Assembly: GCA_902541175.1 (NCBI GenBank)
Contig: CACBPP010000001.1
Location: 134,923-198,922, forward strand
Direction of reading: 5' to 3'
Length of the DNA stretch: 64,000 nucleotides
From: an uncultured SAR86 cluster bacterium
Lineage (GTDB): Bacteria; Pseudomonadota; Gammaproteobacteria; Magnimaribacterales; D2472
Below, piece by piece: positions 29,178-38,296 of the stretch. Position 1 is the first letter of the stretch; every line of letters begins with the position of its first letter. A model generated the notes under the pieces. The model had not been told where the DNA came from. It saw nothing but the letters and a program-made list of their open reading frames with translations, and ran no database searches. Position numbers and translations under genes: made by a program.

Positions 29178-29605
29178 TTTAATAAAGGGTTTTTGCCCCA
29201 TTTGTTCTCATCTTTTTTTCCCGGAAGTATGCATAAGATTGAAATTATTAGTAATCCAATAATTATTAGATATGATAGTTGCCACCAACCAGAAATACCT
29301 ATATCTTGAAGTCTTCTTGATGTTACTGATATTGAAGGACATAAAATAATTACATTAAAAATCAAGGTCAATGGTCCAATTGGATTTTGCACACTCTCCC
29401 ATTCTTTATCTCTTATCTCGATTCCGTATGTAAATAAAGTTGGATAACTTTCGATTGATAAAAATAGCATGGTCTCAAAAAAAGAAATCAAAAAGCTTAC
29501 AATAAATACAGCCAAGCAAAAATACCAAAATTCGCTTCTACAAGCTCTTCCGCTAAAATTATTCCAGTTGCTAAAAACGGAAACGCATGCCTCTTTTATA
29601 TTCAT
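29174..29605 (-). CDS. DUF805 family inner membrane protein
   Basis: FSGRACRSEFWYF N-terminal motif, TM segments, and RRLQDIGISGWW. Confidence 0.7.
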   Translation of the reverse strand: MNIKEACVSVFSNWNNFSGRACRSEFWYFCLAVFIVSFLISFFETMLFLSIESYPTLFTYGIEIRDKEWESVQNPIGPLTLIFNVIILCPSISVTSRRLQDIGISGWWQLSYLIIIGLLIISILCILPGKKDENKWGKNPLLN

Positions 29606-29657
29606 AAGAAAATAATAATTTATGTGTATGATATTAGACAGTGAAGAAGTATAAAAA

Positions 29658-30635
29658 TTATTTACGTATTTCTATAAGATCTGCATTATTCTTTTGAAGA
29701 ACTCTCTCTGCTCTGTAACTAGATCGAACCATTGGTCCTGAAACAACCTCAAGAAATCCTTTTTTAAGTCCTATCTCTCTATATTTCTCGAACTCTTCTG
29801 GTGTAACCCATCTTTCAATTGGGTGATGGTTCATGGTTGGCCTTAAGTATTGTCCAATAGTAAGAATATCAACTTTGTTATCAATAAGATCATCCATAGT
29901 CTGCTCTATTTCTTTGTCTGATTCGCCAAGTCCTAGAATAATACTTGTTTTTGTTAAAACCATTGGATTAATGCGTTTTGATTCTGCAAGAACACTTAAA
30001 GTTTGTTGATATCCTGCTCTTATATCTCTTACTTGATGAGTTAATCTTTCAACAGTTTCAATATTTTGAGCAAACACCTCCAATCCACAATTAACTAGAG
30101 TTTCAATTGAGGATGACAGTCCTTTAAAATCAGGAGTTAGGGCTTCAACAGCTGTATTAGGATTTAATTCTTTGATGAATTTTACAGTATTTGCAAAATG
30201 CTGCGCGCCACCATCGGGAAGATCATCCCTATTTACAGATGTGAGTACCACATACTTTAGCATCATAGCCTCTACTGCTTTTGCTATGTTTATTGGTTCG
30301 TCTTTATCAAGCCATCCATTGGGATTGCCAGTATCCACCGAACAAAACTTACAAGCTCTTGTACAAACTGATCCCATAAGCATAAAAGTAGCTGTTCCAG
30401 CAGACCAACACTCGCTGATATTAGGACAATGAGCCTCTTCGCAAACTGTATAAAGTTGCTTACTGTGTACTTGTTCTTTTACCTTATGAAAATTAGGATT
30501 GAATTCAGCTTTAACTTTTAGCCAGCTTGGTTTCTTTGGTGTAGGAATATTAGCGTACTTATTAAGCTTTTGACCATTTTTTATAGCCTTAATACCATCT
30601 CTATTTGTAATTTTTGTAGTTGCTATTATTTCCAT
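29658..30635 (-). CDS. lipA: Lipoyl synthase
   Basis: [12 protein letters not shown] auxiliary cluster and [10 protein letters not shown] radical-SAM CxxxCxxC. Confidence 0.95.
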   Translation of the reverse strand: MEIIATTKITNRDGIKAIKNGQKLNKYANIPTPKKPSWLKVKAEFNPNFHKVKEQVHSKQLYTVCEEAHCPNISECWSAGTATFMLMGSVCTRACKFCSVDTGNPNGWLDKDEPINIAKAVEAMMLKYVVLTSVNRDDLPDGGAQHFANTVKFIKELNPNTAVEALTPDFKGLSSSIETLVNCGLEVFAQNIETVERLTHQVRDIRAGYQQTLSVLAESKRINPMVLTKTSIILGLGESDKEIEQTMDDLIDNKVDILTIGQYLRPTMNHHPIERWVTPEEFEKYREIGLKKGFLEVVSGPMVRSSYRAERVLQKNNADLIEIRK

Positions 30636-30637
30636 AA

Positions 30638-31240
30638 CTAAAATACTTTTCTTAATAAATCTATTATGATTTCATGCAATTGTAATTTAGAAATATCTTT
30701 ATTTAAATCCTTTATCTGAGTAACTTCAAGGCCTTTATAACCACAAGGATTTATTTGTTTAAACGGTGATAAATCCATATCAAAATTAATGCTTATTCCA
30801 TGATAAGACTTTCCTTTTGAAATTCTTAATCCAATTGAAGCAATTTTCTTCTTATCAACATATACACCAGGAGCTCCATCTTTAAAATTACATTCTATAG
30901 ATAATTTTGAAAGTAGCTCTTTAACAAAATCTTGAATTGTTGCAACAAGTTTATTGGGGCCACAATTTAACTTCTTAACATCGAGTAAAAAATAAATAAT
31001 TATCTGTCCCGGTCCATGATAAGTTACCTCTCCTCCTCTATCAGACTGAACAACAGGAATTTCCTTTGACTCTAATATATGCTTTTTATCAGCAGCAGTT
31101 CCTAAAGTAAAAATAGGTGGATGTTCAAGTATCCATATCTCATTTTTAAAGTCATCTGCATTAATGTGAGCTCTCATTTGCTCTAGAGTCTCATGATAAT
31201 TAACAATACCAAGAGATTTAAAAGTTAAGTCTTCAAGCAC
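30638..31240 (-). CDS. lipB: Octanoyltransferase LipB
   Basis: [21 protein letters not shown] and KIASIGLRI motifs. The GTG start shares 1 nt with the upstream stop. Confidence 0.9.
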   Translation of the reverse strand: MLEDLTFKSLGIVNYHETLEQMRAHINADDFKNEIWILEHPPIFTLGTAADKKHILESKEIPVVQSDRGGEVTYHGPGQIIIYFLLDVKKLNCGPNKLVATIQDFVKELLSKLSIECNFKDGAPGVYVDKKKIASIGLRISKGKSYHGISINFDMDLSPFKQINPCGYKGLEVTQIKDLNKDISKLQLHEIIIDLLRKVF

Positions 31241-32325
31241 TATTTGTTTCTTGATTCAACAAAGGCATCTTCAGATATCTTGTGATATGCGGATACATTA
31301 TTCTTAAAGTTTAAATAAGATTCATAAACTTTAGCTATTGTTTCATCTTCCTTTGCCAGGTCATCAAGAATTTTGTTAGATATTTCTCTAAATTCTTCAA
31401 TTACATCATCAGGCAATCTTCTTAATTCAACACCGTGAACCTCAACAAGCTCAGTAAGTGCCTGATTGTTTTTTGCTAAATATTCATCAAGCATATCCTG
31501 ATTCACGGCTTTTGTTGCAGTTTCGATAATGACTTGAAGGTGATTTGGTAGAGAATTCCATGCATCAATATTAATTAATAGTTCTAACATTGGTCCTGGC
31601 TCATGCCATCCTGGATAATAATAATATTTTGCTGCCTGATGGAAACCAAAGGTTAAATCATTGTATGGACCCACCCACTCTGTAGCATCAATCACACCCG
31701 TTTGAAGCGCAGTAAAAAGCTCTCCTCCTGGAAGTGTTACTGGTATTCCGCCAGCCTCCTTCAATACTTCACCACCAATTCCAGGAATTCTCATTTTTAG
31801 TCCTTTTACATCCTCTAGAGAATTAATTTCTTTATTAAACCATCCAAACATTTGTGTGCCTGTATTTCCTGCTGGAATAGGATAAATATTAAATGGAGCA
31901 TAAATTTCTCTCCATAATTCTAGGCCTCCGCCTCTATTGACCCATGCATTAATCTCATCTGCGGTTAACCCAAATGGAACACTGGTAAAAAATTGTGCAG
32001 CTGGAACTTTGCCTTTCCAGAAATAACCTCCACTGTGTCCCATCTGATGAGACCCACTTGATACAGCATCAAATACACCAAATGCAGGAACTTGTTCTTC
32101 TGCACCATAAACTGTAATTTTCATTTGGCCATCACTCATTTCCTCAACGAGGTCTGCAATTCTTTCTGGAGCCATTCCAAGTCCTGGGTAATTTTTAGGC
32201 CATGAAGTTACAAGGCGCCAATTAAAGGTTTCATTTTTATCAATTGATTGCGAATCAATATTTTCAGACTGATCAGAGCAACCAACTAAAAAAATTACTG
32301 ACAATATAAGAGTTATTTTTTTCAT
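31240..32325 (-). CDS. TRAP transporter substrate-binding protein (DctP-type), lipoprotein
   Basis: LVGC lipobox. About 360 aa of family-7 SBP-like sequence (WPKNYPGLG..., GVIDATEWVGPYND). Confidence 0.8.
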   Translation of the reverse strand: MKKITLILSVIFLVGCSDQSENIDSQSIDKNETFNWRLVTSWPKNYPGLGMAPERIADLVEEMSDGQMKITVYGAEEQVPAFGVFDAVSSGSHQMGHSGGYFWKGKVPAAQFFTSVPFGLTADEINAWVNRGGGLELWREIYAPFNIYPIPAGNTGTQMFGWFNKEINSLEDVKGLKMRIPGIGGEVLKEAGGIPVTLPGGELFTALQTGVIDATEWVGPYNDLTFGFHQAAKYYYYPGWHEPGPMLELLINIDAWNSLPNHLQVIIETATKAVNQDMLDEYLAKNNQALTELVEVHGVELRRLPDDVIEEFREISNKILDDLAKEDETIAKVYESYLNFKNNVSAYHKISEDAFVESRNK

Positions 32326-34499
32326 TATAGTTTTTCAAGATTTGCGTAAGCCATTACCAGCCATTTTGTTCCAGAAGCATCAAAATTTACTTGAACTCTT
32401 GCTGAATCTCCTGAACCTTCATAATTTAATACAATACCTTCACCAAATTTCTTATGTTTTACTTTCTGGCCAAGCGCAATTCCGATTTCCTCCTCAAACT
32501 CTACTTTGGTTTCATTAAAGTCTTTTCTATTATAAGGAATATTGGTTTGTGCTCTAGGTCTTATTTCGTCAATTAAGTCTTTTGGTATTTCTCTTAAAAA
32601 TCTTGAAGGAGGATTAAAAGTATCATTACCATGCAACCTCCTTGATTCAGCATGCGTTATATATAATTTCTCCATTGCTCTTGTAATTGCAACATAACAA
32701 AGCCTTCTTTCTTCCTCTAATTGAGATGCGCTTTCCATTGATCTGCCATGTGGGAATAAACTCTCTTCTAAGCCAGTAAGAAGGACTAATTTAAATTCAA
32801 GACCCTTTGCAGAGTGCATTGTCATAAGTTGTGCAGCATCATCATGCTCAGCAGCTTGTCTATCGCCGGCATCAAGAGAGATAACATCAAGATAGTTTTC
32901 TGCAATCTCAGTATTTGTTTTATCTTCTTTAATACTTTGCTCAAAATTTTTAGTTGCCGTTATTAATTCTTCAAGATTTTCTGTTCTAGTTTTGCCTTTT
33001 TCACCAGCCTCTTTAGCATGATATGAATATAGGCCAGATTCTTTAATAATAAGTTCCATTAAATCCGACAAACTATTGTCTTCAATGAAAGACTTACATC
33101 CTGCAATAAACTCCAGATAGTCTCTCAATCCAGAACCACCCCTCCCAGAAATTGATCCTTCATCAATTAATTTTGCAGATGCCTTAATATAAGAAATATT
33201 ATATTTTTGAGCCGTTTGTCGAATTTTGCCCAAAGTTTTTTCTCCAACTCCTCTAGTTGGATTTGATATTGATCTCTCAAAGGATGGATTATCATTATTG
33301 TTAAATATAATTTTCAAATATGCGATTGCATTTTTTATTTCGAGCCTTTCATAGAAACGCAATCCGCCGTAAATCCTGTACGGAATGCTTATTCTTAATA
33401 AAGCTTCTTCTATTGCTCTTGATTGTGCATTTGATCTATACAGAACTGCTGTTTCTTCATATGCCCCACCTTTATTCATCCAGTCCTTTAGAACATCTGC
33501 AATAAACCTTGCCTCATCCTGTTCGTTGTAAGCCTGATAAAGGACTATTTGTTCACCCTCAAGTTTTTCTGTCCATAAATTTTTGCCAAGTCTGTCTTTG
33601 TTATTATCAATTAACGCATTTGCTGCGTTTAGAATCACGTTAGTAGATCTATAATTTTGTTCAAGCCTTACAATCTCCGTATTTTTGTAATCTTCTGTAA
33701 AAGAATTTACATGTTCGACTTTAGCTCCACGCCAGCCATATATGGACTGATCATCATCTCCAACCGCTGTTACATTTGCATCGTCCGATGCTATTTCACG
33801 AAGCCATTTATATTGAATAGTATTAGTATCCTGAAACTCATCAATGAGAATTGATTGAAACCTTGACTGAAAAAAAGTCTTAACTGAAGGCGAAGCAACT
33901 AGTATTTCATATGACTTTAAAAGCAGTTCACCAAAATCAACTAGATCATCATTTTTACAAATTTTTTCATATTCTTTATATATTTTATTAACAGTTTCAG
34001 TGTAAAAATCTCCTTTTTCATCAACATCTTTACTTCTTAATCCATCATCTTTCCATGAATTGATTTGCCACTGACTTTGTCTAGCTGGCCATGTGGCTTC
34101 ATCCAAACTCAGTTCTTTTGATATTCTTTTTACTATTCTTAATTGGTCATCTGAATCTAGAATGGTAAATCCACTTGAGAGTTCTGCCTCTTTATGAAAT
34201 CTCTTAAGCAGTTTATGAGAAAGGCCATGAAATGTTCCAACCCAGGAATCAATAATTGGAGATTGAAGAAGTTCTTCAATTCTTGACCTCATTTCATTTG
34301 CAGCTTTATTTGTAAAAGTTACAGCCATTATTGTAGATGGATTTCTTCCAAGCGCCTCTACTTCCCAAGCAATTTTGTGAACAAGAACCCTGGTTTTGCC
34401 AGAACCGGCTCCTGCCAAAACTAGGAGATGTTGCTTTTCAGATGTAACAGCGTTTCGCTGATCTTCATTTAAGCTGTCTAAAATATGAGATACATCCAT
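32325..34499 (-). CDS. uvrD: DNA helicase II UvrD
   Basis: The N-terminus is nearly collinear with E. coli UvrD (LLVLAGAGSGKTRVLVHKIAW...IMAVTFTNKAANEM). Also DEFQDT, YRS, and the C-terminal conserved tail. Confidence 0.9.
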   Translation of the reverse strand: MDVSHILDSLNEDQRNAVTSEKQHLLVLAGAGSGKTRVLVHKIAWEVEALGRNPSTIMAVTFTNKAANEMRSRIEELLQSPIIDSWVGTFHGLSHKLLKRFHKEAELSSGFTILDSDDQLRIVKRISKELSLDEATWPARQSQWQINSWKDDGLRSKDVDEKGDFYTETVNKIYKEYEKICKNDDLVDFGELLLKSYEILVASPSVKTFFQSRFQSILIDEFQDTNTIQYKWLREIASDDANVTAVGDDDQSIYGWRGAKVEHVNSFTEDYKNTEIVRLEQNYRSTNVILNAANALIDNNKDRLGKNLWTEKLEGEQIVLYQAYNEQDEARFIADVLKDWMNKGGAYEETAVLYRSNAQSRAIEEALLRISIPYRIYGGLRFYERLEIKNAIAYLKIIFNNNDNPSFERSISNPTRGVGEKTLGKIRQTAQKYNISYIKASAKLIDEGSISGRGGSGLRDYLEFIAGCKSFIEDNSLSDLMELIIKESGLYSYHAKEAGEKGKTRTENLEELITATKNFEQSIKEDKTNTEIAENYLDVISLDAGDRQAAEHDDAAQLMTMHSAKGLEFKLVLLTGLEESLFPHGRSMESASQLEEERRLCYVAITRAMEKLYITHAESRRLHGNDTFNPPSRFLREIPKDLIDEIRPRAQTNIPYNRKDFNETKVEFEEEIGIALGQKVKHKKFGEGIVLNYEGSGDSARVQVNFDASGTKWLVMAYANLEKL

Positions 34500-34523
34500 T
34501 TAGGGATTCATTTTTTTGTTTAA

Positions 34524-34538
34524 GTTAGATATTCTAAC
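34524..34538. promoter_or_regulatory. Inverted repeat GTTAGA-TAT-TCTAAC, 3 nt upstream of the RpiR-family gene ATG (candidate autoregulatory operator)
   Basis: Read directly. It lies in the 42-bp uvrD/rpiR divergent gap. Confidence 0.3.
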
Positions 34539-34541
34539 CTT

Positions 34542-35387
34542 ATGTCGACTAAATTATTGAGACAAATTAAAAATTCTCTTCCTGATTTAAGAAAATCTGA
34601 AAAAATTGTTGGAGAGTATATTTTAGAAGATCCAAAATCAATTATTACTATGAAAACTGCAGAAGCTTCAGAAGCAATGGGTATTAGCGAACCAACATTA
34701 ATAAGATTCTGTAAAGCAATTGGATTTTCAGGTTTTCAAGAACTTAAAATTAATTTGTCTCAGCAGCTAGCAGCTGACGATTATTTTGTTATGTACGAGA
34801 TAACAGAAGACGATTCAATTCATGAGCTATGTGAAAAAGTTTTTGATACAACAATAAGTGAGATACTTAATGTAAGGTCACAGCTTGATCAGAGTATTCT
34901 TGAAAATGCCATTGAAGCTCTTGTGAATGCAGATAGAGTTGAATTTTATTCATTTGGTGGTTCAGCACCAGTTGCAATGGATGGTCAGCATAAATTTTTT
35001 AGATTGAAAATACCCTCATCATATATTTCTGACCCACACCTACAATTTATGTCTGCGAACTCTTTAAGCAAAAATGATATTGTTGTAGCAATCTCCCAAT
35101 CTGGAACAACTGCAGCCTTAATTGAAAGTGTCAAAATAGTTAGAAAAAATGGTGTTAAAGTTATTGGAATAATGCCAGGCGATACACCACTTGCAGATAT
35201 TTGTGATTTTCCTCTAACAATCAATATTGGAATAAATAATAGAATTTCAAAACCCCTTACGTCCAGAATTGCTTATACAGCGGTAGTAGATGTGCTAACG
35301 ATGGGAGTAGCTCAATTAAAACCTGAGGCACAGGATCACCTATATAACATTGCGGACAGCCAAAGGTCTTTAAAAATAGATAATTAA
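34542..35387 (+). CDS. RpiR/HexR family transcriptional regulator (HTH + SIS domain)
   Basis: N-terminal HTH_6 (SEKIVGEYILEDP...ISEPTLIRFCKAIGFSGFQELK). C-terminal SIS (VVAISQSGTT). Confidence 0.85.
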   Translation: MSTKLLRQIKNSLPDLRKSEKIVGEYILEDPKSIITMKTAEASEAMGISEPTLIRFCKAIGFSGFQELKINLSQQLAADDYFVMYEITEDDSIHELCEKVFDTTISEILNVRSQLDQSILENAIEALVNADRVEFYSFGGSAPVAMDGQHKFFRLKIPSSYISDPHLQFMSANSLSKNDIVVAISQSGTTAALIESVKIVRKNGVKVIGIMPGDTPLADICDFPLTINIGINNRISKPLTSRIAYTAVVDVLTMGVAQLKPEAQDHLYNIADSQRSLKIDN

Positions 35388-36001
35388 TATATAGCTGATT
35401 CTCTAAACCAGAGATTTACTGCCCATTTTTCGCCAGAAATTACTGGAGATCCTGCATGAAGAGCATCAGGATTAATTTCAGTTGTTCCCTCAATACAATT
35501 ATGAAAAACTACAACATCTCCTTTATTAGGTTTTACAGAAACATTTATCTCGGGGAAATCAGTCTCTCCGCCCTCTTCAACATCATTTAAATATGCTAAA
35601 GCTGTTACCATTCTTTGTCCTCCAGGAAACCAATTGTTTTGGCCTTCTTTGGTAGTTTTATCAAACGCATCAAAATGAGGCTTATATTCGTTTCCTGGCC
35701 CATAATAGACAAGTTGAAATTGCTCTGCGTTATTAATAGGCATTTGGACCAAAACAGAAAATCTTTTACTTACTTCGTGAATAACTTCATTTGCACTATG
35801 CTCAAGCCAACAATAGTCATTAGTTCTGCTTGAATGAACTTCGTGCTCAGAATCAGTTATTACAGTTGCCCTTTGCATCTTGCCTTTTCCATGCTCAACA
35901 AATGCTTCACATTCATCATTAGATAGAAAATTAGATACAACATACACAACCGGATTGGCTGAATACATGGTTACGTTTTCAGATATTTTTTTTGGTTCCA
36001 T
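35384..36001 (-). CDS. Prolyl 4-hydroxylase-type 2OG-Fe(II) oxygenase (P4Hc)
   Basis: HFDAF (HxD), GGETDFP, distal LHAG His, and the EKWAVNLWF 2OG-binding strand. No signal peptide. Confidence 0.85.
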   Translation of the reverse strand: MEPKKISENVTMYSANPVVYVVSNFLSNDECEAFVEHGKGKMQRATVITDSEHEVHSSRTNDYCWLEHSANEVIHEVSKRFSVLVQMPINNAEQFQLVYYGPGNEYKPHFDAFDKTTKEGQNNWFPGGQRMVTALAYLNDVEEGGETDFPEINVSVKPNKGDVVVFHNCIEGTTEINPDALHAGSPVISGEKWAVNLWFRESAIY

Positions 36002-36047
36002 TTACGATTCAAATTATACTATTTTTGTACATTAATAATAATTTTTC

Positions 36048-37037
36048 ATGAAAATATTTATATCAATAGCATCCTATCAAGATCCCTTGTTGGAAACGAC
36101 CATTAACAGCGCATATAAAAATGCTAAACATCCTGAAAACTTAGTCTTTGGTATATGCGATCAGTCCTCAAATCCTATAAATATTGATTCTTTTAAATTT
36201 TCTAATCAATTTAAGTACGATCATGTAAATCCAATAGATTCAAAAGGTCCTTGTTGGGCTAGAGCAAGAATCCAAAAAAGCTTTAATGATGAAGATTTCT
36301 ATCTTCAAATCGATTCTCATATGCAATTTGAAGAAAATTGGGATTCATATTTAATCAAATATATTGAAAAGATTAAGAATACTGATTCAGAAATACATCA
36401 GAGTCCAATTATCACCTGCTATCCTCGTGCCTTCAATGTCATAGATCTAGAAAGAGGTGAATTTGATCTCAATAATGCCGAAACAAGAACTGATGCTATT
36501 TCATTCAGAAAAGACAGTATGTTCATAAAAAATAATTTCTCAAGACAAATTGGCTCAATTGCATCCAAAGAAATAACTCATGGGTATTTAATTGCTGCTG
36601 GTTGCATATTTACTACTGGTGATTTTGTAAAAAAAGTTCCTTATGATCCAGAATTTTATTTCTATGGTGAAGAAATATCATTAATGCTTAGATCATTTAC
36701 AAGAAACTTAGGAATTTTTCATATTCAGTCACTCCCGATTTTTCACCTATATGCTGAGCTTTCGAATATTAAAAGAAAGCTTCATTGGAATGAAGATGAA
36801 GATTCAAATAGAGATGTTAAATGGTATCAAAGAGAAGAAAAAAGTATAAATAAATTAAATGCATTGATAAATGATGATGTAGAAGGTGCTTTTGGCCTTG
36901 GTGATAAAAAAACATTAGATGATTATGAGTATCTTTCAGGTGTAGATCTTAAAAATAAAGTTGTTACTGACGAAAATAAAGCATTTACAGCAAAATTTAT
37001 TTCTACTCTTGATTGGAGAGAATCGCCTTTTAAATAA
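36048..37037 (+). CDS. GT-A glycosyltransferase of the PF11397 / CAZy GT60 type (Gnt1-like polypeptide GlcNAc-transferase)
   Basis: IFISIASYQDP..., GPCWARA, YLQIDSHMQFEENWD, ITCYP and VPYDPEFYFYGEEISLMLRSFT...FHLY. Recognised from memory of the family pattern and not confirmed by HMM. Confidence 0.65.
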   Translation: MKIFISIASYQDPLLETTINSAYKNAKHPENLVFGICDQSSNPINIDSFKFSNQFKYDHVNPIDSKGPCWARARIQKSFNDEDFYLQIDSHMQFEENWDSYLIKYIEKIKNTDSEIHQSPIITCYPRAFNVIDLERGEFDLNNAETRTDAISFRKDSMFIKNNFSRQIGSIASKEITHGYLIAAGCIFTTGDFVKKVPYDPEFYFYGEEISLMLRSFTRNLGIFHIQSLPIFHLYAELSNIKRKLHWNEDEDSNRDVKWYQREEKSINKLNALINDDVEGAFGLGDKKTLDDYEYLSGVDLKNKVVTDENKAFTAKFISTLDWRESPFK

Positions 37038-37084
37038 TTCTTAAGAACAGATGTTAAAATTGTCTAAATAATTCTGGAGAAAAT

Positions 37085-37501
37085 ATGAGTGAAGAAATCA
37101 AAAAATTTTTTAAAACCTATACAGATTTCGTAACCAAAGTTACTAGCGATCCGAGCTTGGACCTTGAGTCTTTAAAACAAAGTTTTATTGAAATTGAAAA
37201 GAATTCAGATATTAAGACTCCCAGGCTTTTAACAGCAGCATTGGGATTGGGAAGTGAAACAGGTGAGTTTGTGGAAATAGTAAAAAAAATGTTTCTCCAG
37301 GGTAAGCCTCCTTCTGAAGAAAACATATTTCATATGAAAAGAGAGCTTGGAGATATCATGTGGTATTGGGTAACTGCCTGTGCCTCATTAGGGCTTGATC
37401 CGTATGAAGTAATCAGTGAAAACCAAGAAAAACTTGCCGCTAGATATGGAGAAAAATTTGAGGTTGAGAGAAGCGAGGTCAGAAAAGAAGGCGATCTTTA
37501 A
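37085..37501 (+). CDS. MazG-like all-alpha nucleotide pyrophosphohydrolase
   Basis: LGSETGEFVEIVKK and ELGDIMWYW (ExxE...ExxD metal motifs). 138 aa. Confidence 0.7.
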   Translation: MSEEIKKFFKTYTDFVTKVTSDPSLDLESLKQSFIEIEKNSDIKTPRLLTAALGLGSETGEFVEIVKKMFLQGKPPSEENIFHMKRELGDIMWYWVTACASLGLDPYEVISENQEKLAARYGEKFEVERSEVRKEGDL

Positions 37502-37509
37502 TTTGAAAT

Positions 37510-38295
37510 ATGGAGCATCTTAAAAATCTTAACATTGTTATAACTGCAGGAGCTTCTGGTATTGGTTCAGAAATGGCAATTGAATTATGCAAGCATGGAT
37601 CATGCGTAACAATATGTGACAAAGACTCTTCAGTACTTGATAGATTTTCTAAGAATAATCCTAAAATAGATTGCCATAATGTTGATGTTTCTGAAGAGCC
37701 ACAGATAAAAAAATTTTTTAACGAAATTGAAAAAAAAGCGGGAAACATTAGCGCATTAATAAATAATGCAGGCATTTCTGGTCCATCAGCAAAACTTGAA
37801 GATATTAGTTTTCAAGATTGGAAAGAGACTATTGATACAAATCTTGACGGAGTTTTTTTAGCAACAAGATCTGCAATACCTTTAATGAAAAAAAATGGAG
37901 GCTCTGTAATTAATATTGGATCAACATCATCATTTATGGGAACTCCTCTAAGATCAGCGTATTCAGCATCAAAGTGGGGCTTAATTGGTCTCACGAAAAC
38001 CTGGGCCATGGAATATGGAAAAAATAACATCAGGTTTAATGCAATATGTCCAAGCTCAATTAATGGTAAGCGTATTGAAAATGTTATTAAAAAAGAAGCT
38101 GAATATCGTAATACTTCAATAGATAAAATAAAATCAACATATCTCAAACAAACATCTTTAAAAACTTTCATTGATGTTGAAGAAGTTATTGGGATGATAA
38201 TTTATTTATTGTCGCCTTTAGCAAAAAATATAACCGGGCAAATGCTTGTTATTGACGGACATACAGAAACCCTATCGATGATGGAGAAAGATTAA
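37510..38295 (+). CDS. Short-chain dehydrogenase/reductase (SDR)
   Basis: TAGASGIGSE, NNAG and YSASKWG motifs. Confidence 0.85.
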   Translation: MEHLKNLNIVITAGASGIGSEMAIELCKHGSCVTICDKDSSVLDRFSKNNPKIDCHNVDVSEEPQIKKFFNEIEKKAGNISALINNAGISGPSAKLEDISFQDWKETIDTNLDGVFLATRSAIPLMKKNGGSVINIGSTSSFMGTPLRSAYSASKWGLIGLTKTWAMEYGKNNIRFNAICPSSINGKRIENVIKKEAEYRNTSIDKIKSTYLKQTSLKTFIDVEEVIGMIIYLLSPLAKNITGQMLVIDGHTETLSMMEKD

Positions 38296-38296
38296 T

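Noticed and set aside
34500-34541. An SOS (LexA) box upstream of uvrD.
   Set aside because: No CTGT-N8-ACAG-type sequence is present in the 42-bp upstream gap.
36002-36047. AT-only inverted repeats (AATTAT...ATAATT) in the P4H/GT60 divergent gap, considered as an operator.
   Set aside because: They are composed entirely of A/T in an A/T-rich spacer, so they carry no discriminating information.
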